From Betaproteobacteria bacterium HGW-Betaproteobacteria-16 (GTDB taxonomy: Bacteria > Pseudomonadota > Gammaproteobacteria > Burkholderiales > Burkholderiaceae_C), in NCBI GenBank assembly GCA_002840835.1, contig PHCQ01000020.1:12541-76540 (forward strand): a stretch of DNA of 64,000 bases, in the 5' to 3' direction. The translations under genes and the position numbers were made by a program. Positions 19,219-28,475 of this stretch are shown piece by piece (the stretch's first letter is position 1; each line of letters opens with the position of its first letter). Under the pieces are notes generated by a model. That model searched no databases, was not told where the DNA came from, and saw only the letters and a program-made list of their open reading frames with translations.

Positions 19219-19361
19219 CACCCCCCCGCAGCGCTTCGCGCTACCCCCTCAAGGGGGCGATACCAGTCGTCCGGCAAAGCCGGCCCGACGGTATCTCTGG
19301 ACGGGGGCACTTCGCTTCGGAAGGGCTTGGGTATGCCACCCGCAGCATTTTGCGCTACCGC
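19219..19361 (+). repeat. Structured intergenic repeat copy E
   Basis: CCCCCCCGCAGCGCTTCGCGCTACCCCCTCAAGGGGGCGATACCAGTCGTCCGGCAAAGCCGGCCCGACGGTATCTCTGGA plus tail. Confidence 0.88.
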
Positions 19362-19455
19362 TTTAGCGGGCGTCACCATTGGTCTTTCCTGAGGCCGGTT
19401 CTTCCTGAGCCTGTTGAAGGGTGATCAGGCAGAGCCCTGCGTTGCGCTGTCTGGG

Positions 19456-20913
19456 TCAGTTCTTCTTCGCCAGCGCATTCAGCAGCAGTTGGTGCACGCC
19501 GCCAAACCCGCCATTGCTCATGCAGACGATGTGATCGCCCGGCTGGGCCGAGGCGACAACCTGGCTCACCAGGGTGGGAATGTCGGAAGCCACTTGAGCA
19601 CGACTTCCCAAGGGGAGTAGGGTGTCGGCGGCGTTCCAGTCGAGCCCCCCCGCATGACAGAAGGCCAGATCGGCCTGTTCCAGGCTCCACGGCAACTGCG
19701 ACTTGATGGTGCCCAGTTTCATGGTGTTGCTGCGCGGCTCGAACACGGCAAGGATGCGCTCTCCGCCGGTACGGCGGTCCCCCAGGTGGCGGCGCAGGCC
19801 ATCCAGGGTCGTCCTGATAGCGGTGGGGTGGTGGGCGAAGTCGTCATAGACGGTGATGGCACCCCCGCCTGGGCAGATCACTGAGCCGCGCACTTCCATG
19901 CGACGGCGCACGTTCTCGAATCTTTGCAAGGCAAGGGCCGCGGTGTCCGGTGAAACGCCCACATGACTGGCTGCCGCGATGGCGGCCAGCGCATTGAGCT
20001 GGTTGTGCACGCCCGTCAGGCTCCACTCCACCCGGGCCACCTTCTTTCCTCGGAGCAAAACGTCAAACGCATGCGGTTCGCCCTGGGCTGTGAAGTCGCT
20101 GACGGTGGAGCCGAAGGTGTTTACCCCGCTCCAGTGGCCCATGTGCAGCACACGATCGAGGCTTTCCTCCAGGCCGTTCACCACCAGCATGCCGGAGCCC
20201 GGCACCGTGCGGACCAGGTGATGGAATTGCCTTTCAATCGCTGTCAGATCGTCGAAGATGTCTGCATGATCGAACTCCAGGTTGTTCAGGATGGCGGTTC
20301 GCGGCCGGTAGTGGACAAACTTGCTGCGCTTGTCGAAGAAGGCCGTGTCGTATTCGTCGGCCTCGATCACGAACAGGGCACGCCGCAGTGGCAGGTCAGT
20401 TTTCCCGTCGCCTGCAAGTGCGGATGGGGTGGGGGTGGAGCCCAGCCTCGCCGATACGCCGAAATTCAGCGGCACGCCACCCACGAGAAAGCCCGGCTCG
20501 AGTCCGGCACATTCCAGTATCCAGGTCAACATGGCCGTGGTGGTGGTCTTGCCATGCGTGCCGGCCACTGCCAGCACGTGCCTGCCTTGAAGCACGTGTT
20601 CGGCCAGCCACTGAGGTCCACTGGTGTAAGGCGCCCCGCTCTCCAGAATGGCCTCCATCAGGGGGAATTTGGGCGTGCCGTCCGGCAGGCGGGCTCTGCT
20701 GACCACATTGCCCACCACGTACATGTCCGGCTTCAGGGCCATTTGATCGGCTCCGTAGCCTTCCATCAGATCGATGCCCAAGGCCTCGAGCTGGTCACTC
20801 ATGGGGGGGTAGACGGCACTGTCACAGCCGGTGACGCGATGCCCGGCCTCCCGCGCCAGAGCGGCCAGGCCGCCCATGAACGTGCCGCAGATGCCCAGGA
20901 TATGTATATGCAT
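19456..20913 (-). CDS. mpl: Murein peptide ligase Mpl
   Basis: MHIHILGICGTFMGG, GTHGKTTT, EADEYDTAFFDKRSKF, DDFAHHPTAI. Confidence 0.97.
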   Translation of the reverse strand: MHIHILGICGTFMGGLAALAREAGHRVTGCDSAVYPPMSDQLEALGIDLMEGYGADQMALKPDMYVVGNVVSRARLPDGTPKFPLMEAILESGAPYTSGPQWLAEHVLQGRHVLAVAGTHGKTTTTAMLTWILECAGLEPGFLVGGVPLNFGVSARLGSTPTPSALAGDGKTDLPLRRALFVIEADEYDTAFFDKRSKFVHYRPRTAILNNLEFDHADIFDDLTAIERQFHHLVRTVPGSGMLVVNGLEESLDRVLHMGHWSGVNTFGSTVSDFTAQGEPHAFDVLLRGKKVARVEWSLTGVHNQLNALAAIAAASHVGVSPDTAALALQRFENVRRRMEVRGSVICPGGGAITVYDDFAHHPTAIRTTLDGLRRHLGDRRTGGERILAVFEPRSNTMKLGTIKSQLPWSLEQADLAFCHAGGLDWNAADTLLPLGSRAQVASDIPTLVSQVVASAQPGDHIVCMSNGGFGGVHQLLLNALAKKN

Positions 20914-20996
20914 GGTCGAGATTCTAGGGTGCGCCTTCAGTAGGGCCTGTGGCCGCATCGGCACGTTCTGAATCCATCAGCGGGCACAATGCACCC

Positions 20997-21614
20997 ATGA
21001 ACATTCATCGAGCAGATCCCCTCGAAGAAATTGCAGCCGTGGCCGCGCGCATGGTGGTGGAAGAAGGACTGGACTTTGCGGCGGCCAAGCGCCGGGCGAT
21101 CCGGCAGATGGGGTTGGGTGCACGCACGGCCATGCCCGACAACGCGATCATGGAAGCGGCTGTGCGCGAGTACATCGCCGTGTTCTGCTCCGAGACGCAG
21201 GCGGAAGAATTGCGCGCCTTGCGGGAGACCGCGCTGATGTGGATGGAGCGGCTGTCGCGCTTCCGTCCCCATCTCTCGGGGGCGGTCTGGCATGGCTGGG
21301 CGACCCGCCACAGCGACGTTCACCTGCACCTTTTCTGCGACGATCCCAAGGAAGCCGAATGGGCGCTGCTTGACCATCGGGTGGACTACCACCCGGGAAT
21401 GGCCACCGGTCGGAGCGGCGAACCGGTGCAGGCGCTCACTTTGCGCACCCGGTGCGACGCGCTGGCGCAATGGGTGCTGGTGCATCTGATGGTGCACGAT
21501 CTGGATGACCTGCGCGGCGCACTGCGCCCCGACGCCGAGGGCCGCAAACCGCGTGGGGACACTGCGGCGGTGCGCAGCCTGTTGAACGCGCCATCGGGGG
21601 AGGTCATCCAGTGA
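20997..21614 (+). CDS. Conserved hypothetical protein, nucleotidyltransferase-like fold (inferred)
   Basis: AAKRRA N-terminal helix, L.GAVW.G.A...SDVHLHLF motif; divergent from mpl. Confidence 0.72.
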   Translation: MNIHRADPLEEIAAVAARMVVEEGLDFAAAKRRAIRQMGLGARTAMPDNAIMEAAVREYIAVFCSETQAEELRALRETALMWMERLSRFRPHLSGAVWHGWATRHSDVHLHLFCDDPKEAEWALLDHRVDYHPGMATGRSGEPVQALTLRTRCDALAQWVLVHLMVHDLDDLRGALRPDAEGRKPRGDTAAVRSLLNAPSGEVIQ

Positions 21615-22192
21615 GCGCAACCCCTGACCATTCCCCCATCGGACCGCTGGATGATGAAGGTCCTATGAACCTGAGGCGCAGGCGATTGTTGACCGCAGTG
21701 GTCGGCGTGGGGGCGCTGGCCGCGGGTGCGGGTGTGGCCTGGTGGCGGTTCCGTCCGGCGGCGGTGGCGTCGGGTGCCGAAGCGGCGTTCTGGGACGCCC
21801 GCTTTGATGGGCCGATGGGCGAGACCGTTCGGCTGGCGGAATGGCGCGGTCGACCACTGCTCGTGAATTTTTGGGCCACGTGGTGTCCACCCTGTGTGGA
21901 AGAGCTGCCGCTGTTGAATGCTTTCCACGGCAGCCAGGCTGCAAAGGGCTGGCAGGTACTTGGTCTGGCGGTGGATCAACCTGCTGCGGTGCGTCGTTTC
22001 CTTGAAAAGCTGCCATTGAGTTTTCCCGTCGGCATGGCCGGGTTCGCGGGCACGGAGCTCAGTCGCTCATTGGGGAACCTCACTGGCGGCTTGCCTTTTA
22101 CCGTCGTGTTCGATGAAGCAGGGCAGGTTGCCCATCGCAAGATCGGGCAGGTGTCGGAAGAAGACCTGAAGTTGTGGGCGCAACTGATGTAG
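21611..22192 (+). CDS. TlpA family thiol:disulfide reductase
   Basis: VNFWATWCPPCVEELP, GLPFT; N-terminal RRRR plus TM. Confidence 0.92.
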   Translation: MSATPDHSPIGPLDDEGPMNLRRRRLLTAVVGVGALAAGAGVAWWRFRPAAVASGAEAAFWDARFDGPMGETVRLAEWRGRPLLVNFWATWCPPCVEELPLLNAFHGSQAAKGWQVLGLAVDQPAAVRRFLEKLPLSFPVGMAGFAGTELSRSLGNLTGGLPFTVVFDEAGQVAHRKIGQVSEEDLKLWAQLM

Positions 22193-22480
22193 TGACCTGG
22201 GCTTTGTGATCTGCGGTGCAGCGCAACGGTGACGGCGCGACGCACAGGCCGGTTTTCACCAACTTGCAGCGAAGTTCATTGAAATCAGGTGAAAAGTGCT
22301 GAAATGTTTCGCTTTGGCTTGGCAGCTTCAATGGGGCCGTCGTCCGACGCCCGGTCGATTCGGATGGTGCCGATGATTGTGTCATCGTGTACACTGCGAC
22401 ACCTTTTTCGGGTTGGCAGGTTTTTCCGTTGGTAAATAGGAGAACTTAAGTCGACTTGAGCGATTTTCGTTGGAGATACC

Positions 22481-22942
22481 ATGGATTTAAGAAAACTCAA
22501 GACCCTGATCGATCTGGTGTCGGAATCGAACGTGTCCGAGCTCGAGATCACCGAAGCCGAAGGCAAGGTCAGGATTGTGAAGAGTGCGCCCGCCGGTGCA
22601 GCGGCTCCCGTGACCTACACCATGGCGCCTGCGCCGGCCGCAGCACCCAGCGCACCCGTGCCGGCGGCACCCGCCGTGGAAGTGGCAGCAGCACCTGCCC
22701 AGCCGGAGGGCCATACCGTGAAGTCGCCCATGGTGGGAACCTTCTACCGCGCTTCCAGCCCGGGCGCCAAGCCGTTCGTCGAAATCGGTGATTCGATCAA
22801 GGAAGGCGAGACCATCTGCATCGTTGAGGCGATGAAGATCCTCAACGAAATCGAGGCCGACAAGTCAGGCACCGTGACCCAGATCCTGGTGGAAAACGGG
22901 CAAGCTGTCGAATACGGTCAGCCTCTCTACGTGATCGAATAA
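22481..22942 (+). CDS. accB: Biotin carboxyl carrier protein
   Basis: [22 protein letters not shown] biotinylation motif. Confidence 0.98.
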   Translation: MDLRKLKTLIDLVSESNVSELEITEAEGKVRIVKSAPAGAAAPVTYTMAPAPAAAPSAPVPAAPAVEVAAAPAQPEGHTVKSPMVGTFYRASSPGAKPFVEIGDSIKEGETICIVEAMKILNEIEADKSGTVTQILVENGQAVEYGQPLYVIE

Positions 22943-22956
22943 CTGGCTGGGAGCCC

Positions 22957-24306
22957 ATGTTCAAGAAAATCCTGATCGCCAACCGTGGCGAAATCGCCTT
23001 GAGGGTGCAGCGCGCCTGCCGGGAAATGGGCATCAAGGCGGTGATGGTGTATTCCGAAGCCGACCGCGACGCCAAGTACGTGCGCCTGGCTGATGAAGCG
23101 GTCTGCATTGGCCCTGCATCCAGCACGCACAGCTACCTCAACATGCCTGCCATCATCTCGGCAGCCGAGGTGACCGATGCCGAAGCCATCCACCCGGGCT
23201 ACGGCTTCCTGTCAGAGAATGCGGACTTTGCCGAGCGGGTGGAGCGCAGCGGGTTCACCTTCATCGGACCCACCCCTGAGTCCATTCGTCTGATGGGCGA
23301 CAAGGTTTCGGCCAAGCAGGCCATGATCCGCGCGGGCGTGCCCTGTGTGCCAGGCTCAGAAGGCGCCCTGCCGGACGATCCCGTGGTGATCAAGCGCACC
23401 GCCAAGGCGGTGGGCTATCCGGTGATCATCAAGGCCGCTGGCGGCGGTGGCGGGCGAGGCATGCGTGTGGTGCACACGGAAGCCGCGCTGCTGCACGCGG
23501 TGCAGACCACCAAGGCCGAAGCCGGTGCTGCGTTCGGCAACCCGGAGGTGTACATGGAGAAGTTTCTCCAGAACCCTCGCCACATCGAGATCCAGATTCT
23601 GGCCGACACGCACCGCAACGCGGTGTACCTGGGCGAGCGCGACTGTTCCATGCAGCGGCGCCACCAGAAGGTGATCGAAGAAGCGCCTGCACCAGGCATT
23701 CCACGCCGCCTGATCGAGAAGATCGGTGACCGTTGCGCCACCGCCTGCAAGAAGATCGGCTACCGGGGTGCGGGCACATTCGAGTTTCTCTACGAAAACG
23801 GCGAGTTCTATTTCATCGAGATGAATACGCGCGTCCAAGTGGAGCACCCCGTCACCGAGTGGATCTCCGGTGTGGACATCGTGCGCACACAGATCGCGGT
23901 GGCTGCGGGCGAAAAACTGCCGTTCACCCAGCGTCAGATCCAGCTGCGTGGCCATGCCATTGAATGCCGGATCAATGCCGAGGACCCGTACAAGTTCACG
24001 CCTTCACCGGGGCGCATCACCACGTGGCATGCGCCGGGCGGTCCGGGCGTGCGTGTGGATTCGCATGCCTACACCAACTACTTCGTGCCGCCGAACTACG
24101 ACTCCATGATCGGCAAGATCATCGTGCACGGCGACACCCGGGAGCAGGCCTTGGCGCGCATGCGCACCGCGTTGGCGGAAACCGTCATCGAAGGCATCAA
24201 GACCAACATACCCCTGCACAGGGAATTGATGGTGGACGCCAATTTCGTGACCGGTGGAACCAACATCCACTACCTTGAAGAGTGGCTGTCGCAGCGTGAC
24301 CGCTGA
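22957..24306 (+). CDS. accC: Biotin carboxylase
   Basis: [33 protein letters not shown]. Confidence 0.98.
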   Translation: MFKKILIANRGEIALRVQRACREMGIKAVMVYSEADRDAKYVRLADEAVCIGPASSTHSYLNMPAIISAAEVTDAEAIHPGYGFLSENADFAERVERSGFTFIGPTPESIRLMGDKVSAKQAMIRAGVPCVPGSEGALPDDPVVIKRTAKAVGYPVIIKAAGGGGGRGMRVVHTEAALLHAVQTTKAEAGAAFGNPEVYMEKFLQNPRHIEIQILADTHRNAVYLGERDCSMQRRHQKVIEEAPAPGIPRRLIEKIGDRCATACKKIGYRGAGTFEFLYENGEFYFIEMNTRVQVEHPVTEWISGVDIVRTQIAVAAGEKLPFTQRQIQLRGHAIECRINAEDPYKFTPSPGRITTWHAPGGPGVRVDSHAYTNYFVPPNYDSMIGKIIVHGDTREQALARMRTALAETVIEGIKTNIPLHRELMVDANFVTGGTNIHYLEEWLSQRDR

Positions 24307-24335
24307 GCTTTCCAACTGCGATGCTAGGTTGATGC

Positions 24336-25232
24336 ATGGCGTCCCTGTTTGAACTGGTTTTGCTGGTCCCGGAGTCGGCGGTCGAGTCTGTCAGCGATGC
24401 ACTGGACGCGCTCGATGCGCTCAGCGTATCGGTCGAAGACGCAGATGCCCTGACACCCGCAGAGTCGGCCTTGTTCGGAGAGCCGGGCATGCCGCCTCCC
24501 AAGGATGGTTGGCAACGTTCCCGCGTGGTTGCCTTGTTCTCCGAGGAAGCGGCGGCCCGCGAGGCCGCCCGGTTGCTGGCGCTGCAGGACTTTTTTGTCG
24601 GGTGCCAGACGCTGGGCGTTCAGACCGTTGCCGAGCAGGACTGGGTGCGCCTGACGCAATCCCAGTTTGAGCCGGTGGAAATCACATCCACTTTCTGGAT
24701 CGTGCCCAGCTGGCATGAACCTCCGGCGGCGGCGCAGCAAGTGATTCGCCTCGATCCGGGGCTGGCGTTTGGTACTGGAACGCATCCCACCACCCGCATG
24801 TGCCTGCGCTGGACCGCGCAACGCGACCAGACCGCGCGCCGTGTGCTGGACTACGGCTGTGGCTCCGGCATTCTCGCCATCGGCGCCGCCAAGTTTGGTG
24901 CCAATGACATCGTGGCGGTTGACATCGATCCGGCCGCCGTGGAAGCCACCCGACTCAATGCAGCCGCCAACCATGTGACACTGCAAGCGGGCCTGCCGGA
25001 GCTGGCCCATGGCGTGTTTGACCTGGTGCTGGCCAACATTCTGGCCACCCCGCTCAAAGTGCTGGCACCCTTGCTTTGTAGCCATGTGGCAGAGGGAGGC
25101 GGTCAACTCGTGCTGGCCGGTATTCTTGCGCGCCAGGCCGATGAGCTGCGCGACGCGTACGCGCCCTGGGCCGCGCTTGAAGTCAGTGACGAGGAAGAGG
25201 GCTGGATCCTCATGACCGCCGCCAAACGCTGA
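24336..25232 (+). CDS. prmA: Ribosomal protein L11 methyltransferase
   Basis: LDPGLAFGTGTHPTT, LDYGCGSGIL, ANIL. Confidence 0.96.
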   Translation: MASLFELVLLVPESAVESVSDALDALDALSVSVEDADALTPAESALFGEPGMPPPKDGWQRSRVVALFSEEAAAREAARLLALQDFFVGCQTLGVQTVAEQDWVRLTQSQFEPVEITSTFWIVPSWHEPPAAAQQVIRLDPGLAFGTGTHPTTRMCLRWTAQRDQTARRVLDYGCGSGILAIGAAKFGANDIVAVDIDPAAVEATRLNAAANHVTLQAGLPELAHGVFDLVLANILATPLKVLAPLLCSHVAEGGGQLVLAGILARQADELRDAYAPWAALEVSDEEEGWILMTAAKR

Positions 25233-25290
25233 AAGCGGTGGCTGCCCTGGTTGACCTGGTCAGGCAGCAGCCGGCTGCAATAATCGGAGC

Positions 25291-26760
25291 ATGAGTTACA
25301 CCACTCGCTGCCCTGCTTGCGGAACGATGTTCCGGGTCGTCCCTGACCAGCTCAAGATTTCCGATGGCTGGGTGCGTTGTGGCCACTGCGCTGATGTCTT
25401 TGACGCCACCTTGCACCTGGAAACCTGGGTGCCTCCCGCCACCGCGCCAGACCTCACTCGACCGCCCATTCCCGCGCCACCCCCACCGCCGGCCATGCCG
25501 CCCAGTGCATCTTCCGGCACGGATGGTGCGGGCGTGGATGTGGAATTGCCCGAGGCGCCCTCGACGCTCAGAACGGACCGATTCATCCGGCGGGAGCAGC
25601 GAACCCAGGTCGGTGTTGCCACAGGCGTTTCAGGTGATGCCACGCCCACGACGGCCGGGGTGGTCCAGCGACGACCGCTGACAGAACCGTCTGCGGCAAG
25701 ACCGCCAGCAAACGGCCTTCGTGCGGAAGATCCGGTCAAGTTGCCCGCCAGCGGCGGGGACCCATTTGATGTCACCATGCCGGCGCCGCTGGAGGGTGAA
25801 CCCGTCAAAACCTCTGAACGGATGCTGTCGCCGTCCGCAGGCGGGGCGCCGAGAAGTGTGCCGGGTTCGCCACCCAGACGAGGGCCGACCTCCACCATGG
25901 TGGGACCGAGCGATCCCCCTGTTTCATCGGGCGCTGTGCAGGACAACCCAGATGTGGGAGAAGCCGATTTTTTGACGGAGCTGCAGCGCTTTGCCGCCAA
26001 GGCAAGCGGCGAAGAACCGAAAGCAGACAGTGAGCAACCTGACTTCAGGTTGAAGCGCTCCATGGTGAAAGCCAAGGGGCAAGAAGCACCGCCTGCTGCA
26101 CCGCCTTCACATGCTCCTTCACAGGCGCCTTCAACCGGCGACGGCGAGATGGTGGTGTCGCCCGCGGTGGCAAGAGACCCCGTGCCGCCCGCGGCAGTGG
26201 TGGTCGAAGCTGAAGAAGAGGTGGAGCCACCGCCCCCTGCGGAACCGGAGTTCATCCAGCAGGCACGGCGTCGCGCCTATTGGCAAACGCCTGGCATGCG
26301 TGCCCTGCTCGCCGGTGCGGTGTTGTTGCTGGCCAGCCTACTGGTAGCGCAGTGGGCCTTGTTTGAACGCAACCGCCTGGTGGCCTGGAAGCCAGGACTG
26401 CAGCCCACCTTCCAGGTCTTGTGTGGCGCACTGGGTTGCACGCTGGCACCGGTCCAACGCATCGATGCGATCGTGATCGACAGCACGGCCCTGGTTCGCC
26501 GGCTGGGCAACTTCTATTCCTTTGATCTGGTGCTCAAGAACACCGCGCCCATCAGCGTGGCGACGCCGGCGCTGGAGCTGAGTCTGACCGACGCTGGCGA
26601 CAACGTCATTTCTCGCCGGGTGTTTCTGCCGAAAGATTTGCCGGCGGTACCTGAATTGCTGGCCGCAGGCAGTTCCTTGTCCGTCAGCCTGCGCCTGTCC
26701 ATCGCCGTTGGCGATTCGTTGCCAATGGCGGGCTACCGCGCACTGGTTTTTTATCCCTGA
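25291..26760 (+). CDS. Zinc-ribbon / DUF3426-type membrane protein
   Basis: TRCPAC..F.V...QL....GWVRCGHC zinc ribbon, Pro-rich linker, TM, C-terminal ..FYP. Confidence 0.85.
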   Translation: MSYTTRCPACGTMFRVVPDQLKISDGWVRCGHCADVFDATLHLETWVPPATAPDLTRPPIPAPPPPPAMPPSASSGTDGAGVDVELPEAPSTLRTDRFIRREQRTQVGVATGVSGDATPTTAGVVQRRPLTEPSAARPPANGLRAEDPVKLPASGGDPFDVTMPAPLEGEPVKTSERMLSPSAGGAPRSVPGSPPRRGPTSTMVGPSDPPVSSGAVQDNPDVGEADFLTELQRFAAKASGEEPKADSEQPDFRLKRSMVKAKGQEAPPAAPPSHAPSQAPSTGDGEMVVSPAVARDPVPPAAVVVEAEEEVEPPPPAEPEFIQQARRRAYWQTPGMRALLAGAVLLLASLLVAQWALFERNRLVAWKPGLQPTFQVLCGALGCTLAPVQRIDAIVIDSTALVRRLGNFYSFDLVLKNTAPISVATPALELSLTDAGDNVISRRVFLPKDLPAVPELLAAGSSLSVSLRLSIAVGDSLPMAGYRALVFYP

Positions 26761-26774
26761 ATCTGGAATCCCTC

Positions 26775-27656
26775 ATGGCCATTCTTGTTTGCGGCTCTCT
26801 CGCGTTCGACACCATCATGACCTATGAAGGGCGCTTCGCAGAGCAGATACTGCCCAGCCAGTTGCACATTCTCAATGTGTCCTTTCTTGTGCCCGGCCTG
26901 CGTCGCGAATTCGGCGGTTGTGCCGGCAACATTGCGTATGGTCTGCGCCAGCTCGGTGCCCAGGCGGTGCCATTGGCAGCGATGGGGAGCGACGGGCAAG
27001 ACTATCTGGAGCGGCTGGCGGGGATGGGCGTTGACACGGCCCATGTGCAGCGGGTGGAAGACAGCTACACCGCACAGGCGATGATCATGACCGATCTCGA
27101 CAACAACCAGATCACCGCGTTTCATCCTGGGGCAATGTCCAGCGCGCACCAGAACCCGGTGCCATCGCGCACCGACATTGCTGTGGCCATCGTCGCTCCA
27201 GATGGCCGCGACGCCATGCTGGTTCATGCCAGGCAGTTGCACGACGCGGGCATTCCCTTTGTGTTTGACCCAGGCCAGGGGCTGCCCATGTTCAATGGCG
27301 AAGAGCTGCGGGGTTTCATCGAGCTGGCGAGCTGGGTCACCGTGAACGACTACGAAGCCAAGATGCTGACCGACCGCACGGGACTCAGTCTCGAGGGCAT
27401 TGCCGAACAGGTCCGGGGTCTTGTGGTCACCCTGGGCGAGCAGGGTTGCGAAGTGTGGGCGGATGGCCAGAAAACGCTGGTGCCAGGTGTCAAGGCGACC
27501 GAGGTACTGGACCCCACGGGTTGCGGCGACGCGTTCCGGGCGGCGCTGTTGCATGGCATTGAGCAGGGGTGGCCGATTCAGCAGTGCGTCGAATTGGGCA
27601 ATCGCATGGGCGCACTGAAGATCGCCAGCAGAGGCGGCCAGAACTACCTCTTATAA
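26775..27656 (+). CDS. PfkB family carbohydrate/adenosine kinase
   Basis: GGCAGNIAY, FDPGQ, NDYE, DPTGCGDAF. Confidence 0.92.
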   Translation: MAILVCGSLAFDTIMTYEGRFAEQILPSQLHILNVSFLVPGLRREFGGCAGNIAYGLRQLGAQAVPLAAMGSDGQDYLERLAGMGVDTAHVQRVEDSYTAQAMIMTDLDNNQITAFHPGAMSSAHQNPVPSRTDIAVAIVAPDGRDAMLVHARQLHDAGIPFVFDPGQGLPMFNGEELRGFIELASWVTVNDYEAKMLTDRTGLSLEGIAEQVRGLVVTLGEQGCEVWADGQKTLVPGVKATEVLDPTGCGDAFRAALLHGIEQGWPIQQCVELGNRMGALKIASRGGQNYLL

Positions 27657-27688
27657 ATAAAAAGGCCCGACGCTTGCGCGCCGGGCCA
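27655..27688 (-). terminator. Intrinsic terminator of the H1-like gene
   Basis: Minus strand GGCCCGGCGC-GCAA-GCGTCGGGCC followed by TTTTTATTT. Confidence 0.8.
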
Positions 27689-27709
27689 TTGCACTTCAGA
27701 TGAAGATCT

Positions 27710-28252
27710 TCAGGGCTTGCTGGACGTAGGAAACGGCCAGGCAGCCTGAGGGTTCAGCTTCGTTTGTGCTGGAGGGGCCGCAGGGGCTGCCGGCTTCTTG
27801 GCCGGCTCAGCTTTTTTTGCTGGGGCTGCCTTCTTCACAGGTGCGGCCTTCTTGGCGGGCGCAGCTTTCTTGGGTGCAGCTTTCTTGGCTGGTGCAGCCT
27901 TCTTGGCCGGTGCAGCTTTCTTGGCCGGTGCAGCCTTCTTAGCCGGTGCAGCCTTCTTAGCCGGTGCAGCCTTCTTAGCCGGTGCAGCCTTCTTCGCTGG
28001 TGCAGCCTTCTTCGCTGGTGCAGCCTTCTTAGCCGGTGCAGCCTTCTTTGCCGGTGCAGCCTTCTTCGCTGGTGCAGCTTTCTTGGCCGGTGCAGCCTTC
28101 TTGGCCGGTGCAGCTTTCTTGGCCGGTGCGGCCTTCTTGGCCGGTGCAGCTTTCTTGGCCGGTGCGGCCTTCTTAGCCGGTGCGGCTTTCTTGGCCGGTG
28201 CGGCCTTCTTCACGACGGCCTTTTTGGCCGGGGCTTTTTTCGCAGTTGCCAT
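27710..28252 (-). CDS. Histone H1-like Lys/Ala/Pro repeat DNA-binding protein
   Basis: 18 perfect AAPAKK repeats, C-terminal LNPQAAWPFP; AAGGAG SD. Confidence 0.92.
   Translation of the reverse strand: MATAKKAPAKKAVVKKAAPAKKAAPAKKAAPAKKAAPAKKAAPAKKAAPAKKAAPAKKAAPAKKAAPAKKAAPAKKAAPAKKAAPAKKAAPAKKAAPAKKAAPAKKAAPAKKAAPAKKAAPAKKAAPKKAAPAKKAAPVKKAAPAKKAEPAKKPAAPAAPPAQTKLNPQAAWPFPTSSKP
27800..28210 (-). repeat. 18-bp coding tandem repeat (AAPAKK)
   Basis: GCTGCACCGGCCAAGAAG-type unit with mainly third-position variation. Confidence 0.95.
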
Positions 28253-28374
28253 TATTTTCTCCTTGATCAAGTTGCAAAGAGCACTTCATGAGCACGTTCG
28301 CCCACGAAATGATTCAAGGCCCTGGGGTCCAGTGGATGCATCCACGAACGACACCAAGGCGCTGAATTCAGTGA

Positions 28375-28418
28375 CAAAACCCTGCCTTGGACGCCAGCGC
28401 GCCGAGTGCAGGGTTTTG
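28375..28418. terminator. Terminator-like hairpin downstream of nrdB (possibly bidirectional)
   Basis: CAAAACCCTGC...GCAGGGTTTTG perfect 11-bp arms. Confidence 0.6.
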
Positions 28419-28475
28419 AATGTTGAAGACACATGTGATGGTGAGTGACTGCGGTAAGCCCCGGTGGATGGGGAT

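Noticed and set aside
27800-28210. Possible CRISPR array
   Set aside because: 18-bp head-to-tail units without unique spacers, in frame in a protein; no cas genes.
27764-28448. Plus-strand ORFs with GAAFLA or RCSLL repeats
   Set aside because: Antisense shadows of the AAPAKK array; the minus-strand gene has the SD, the terminator and a known protein type.
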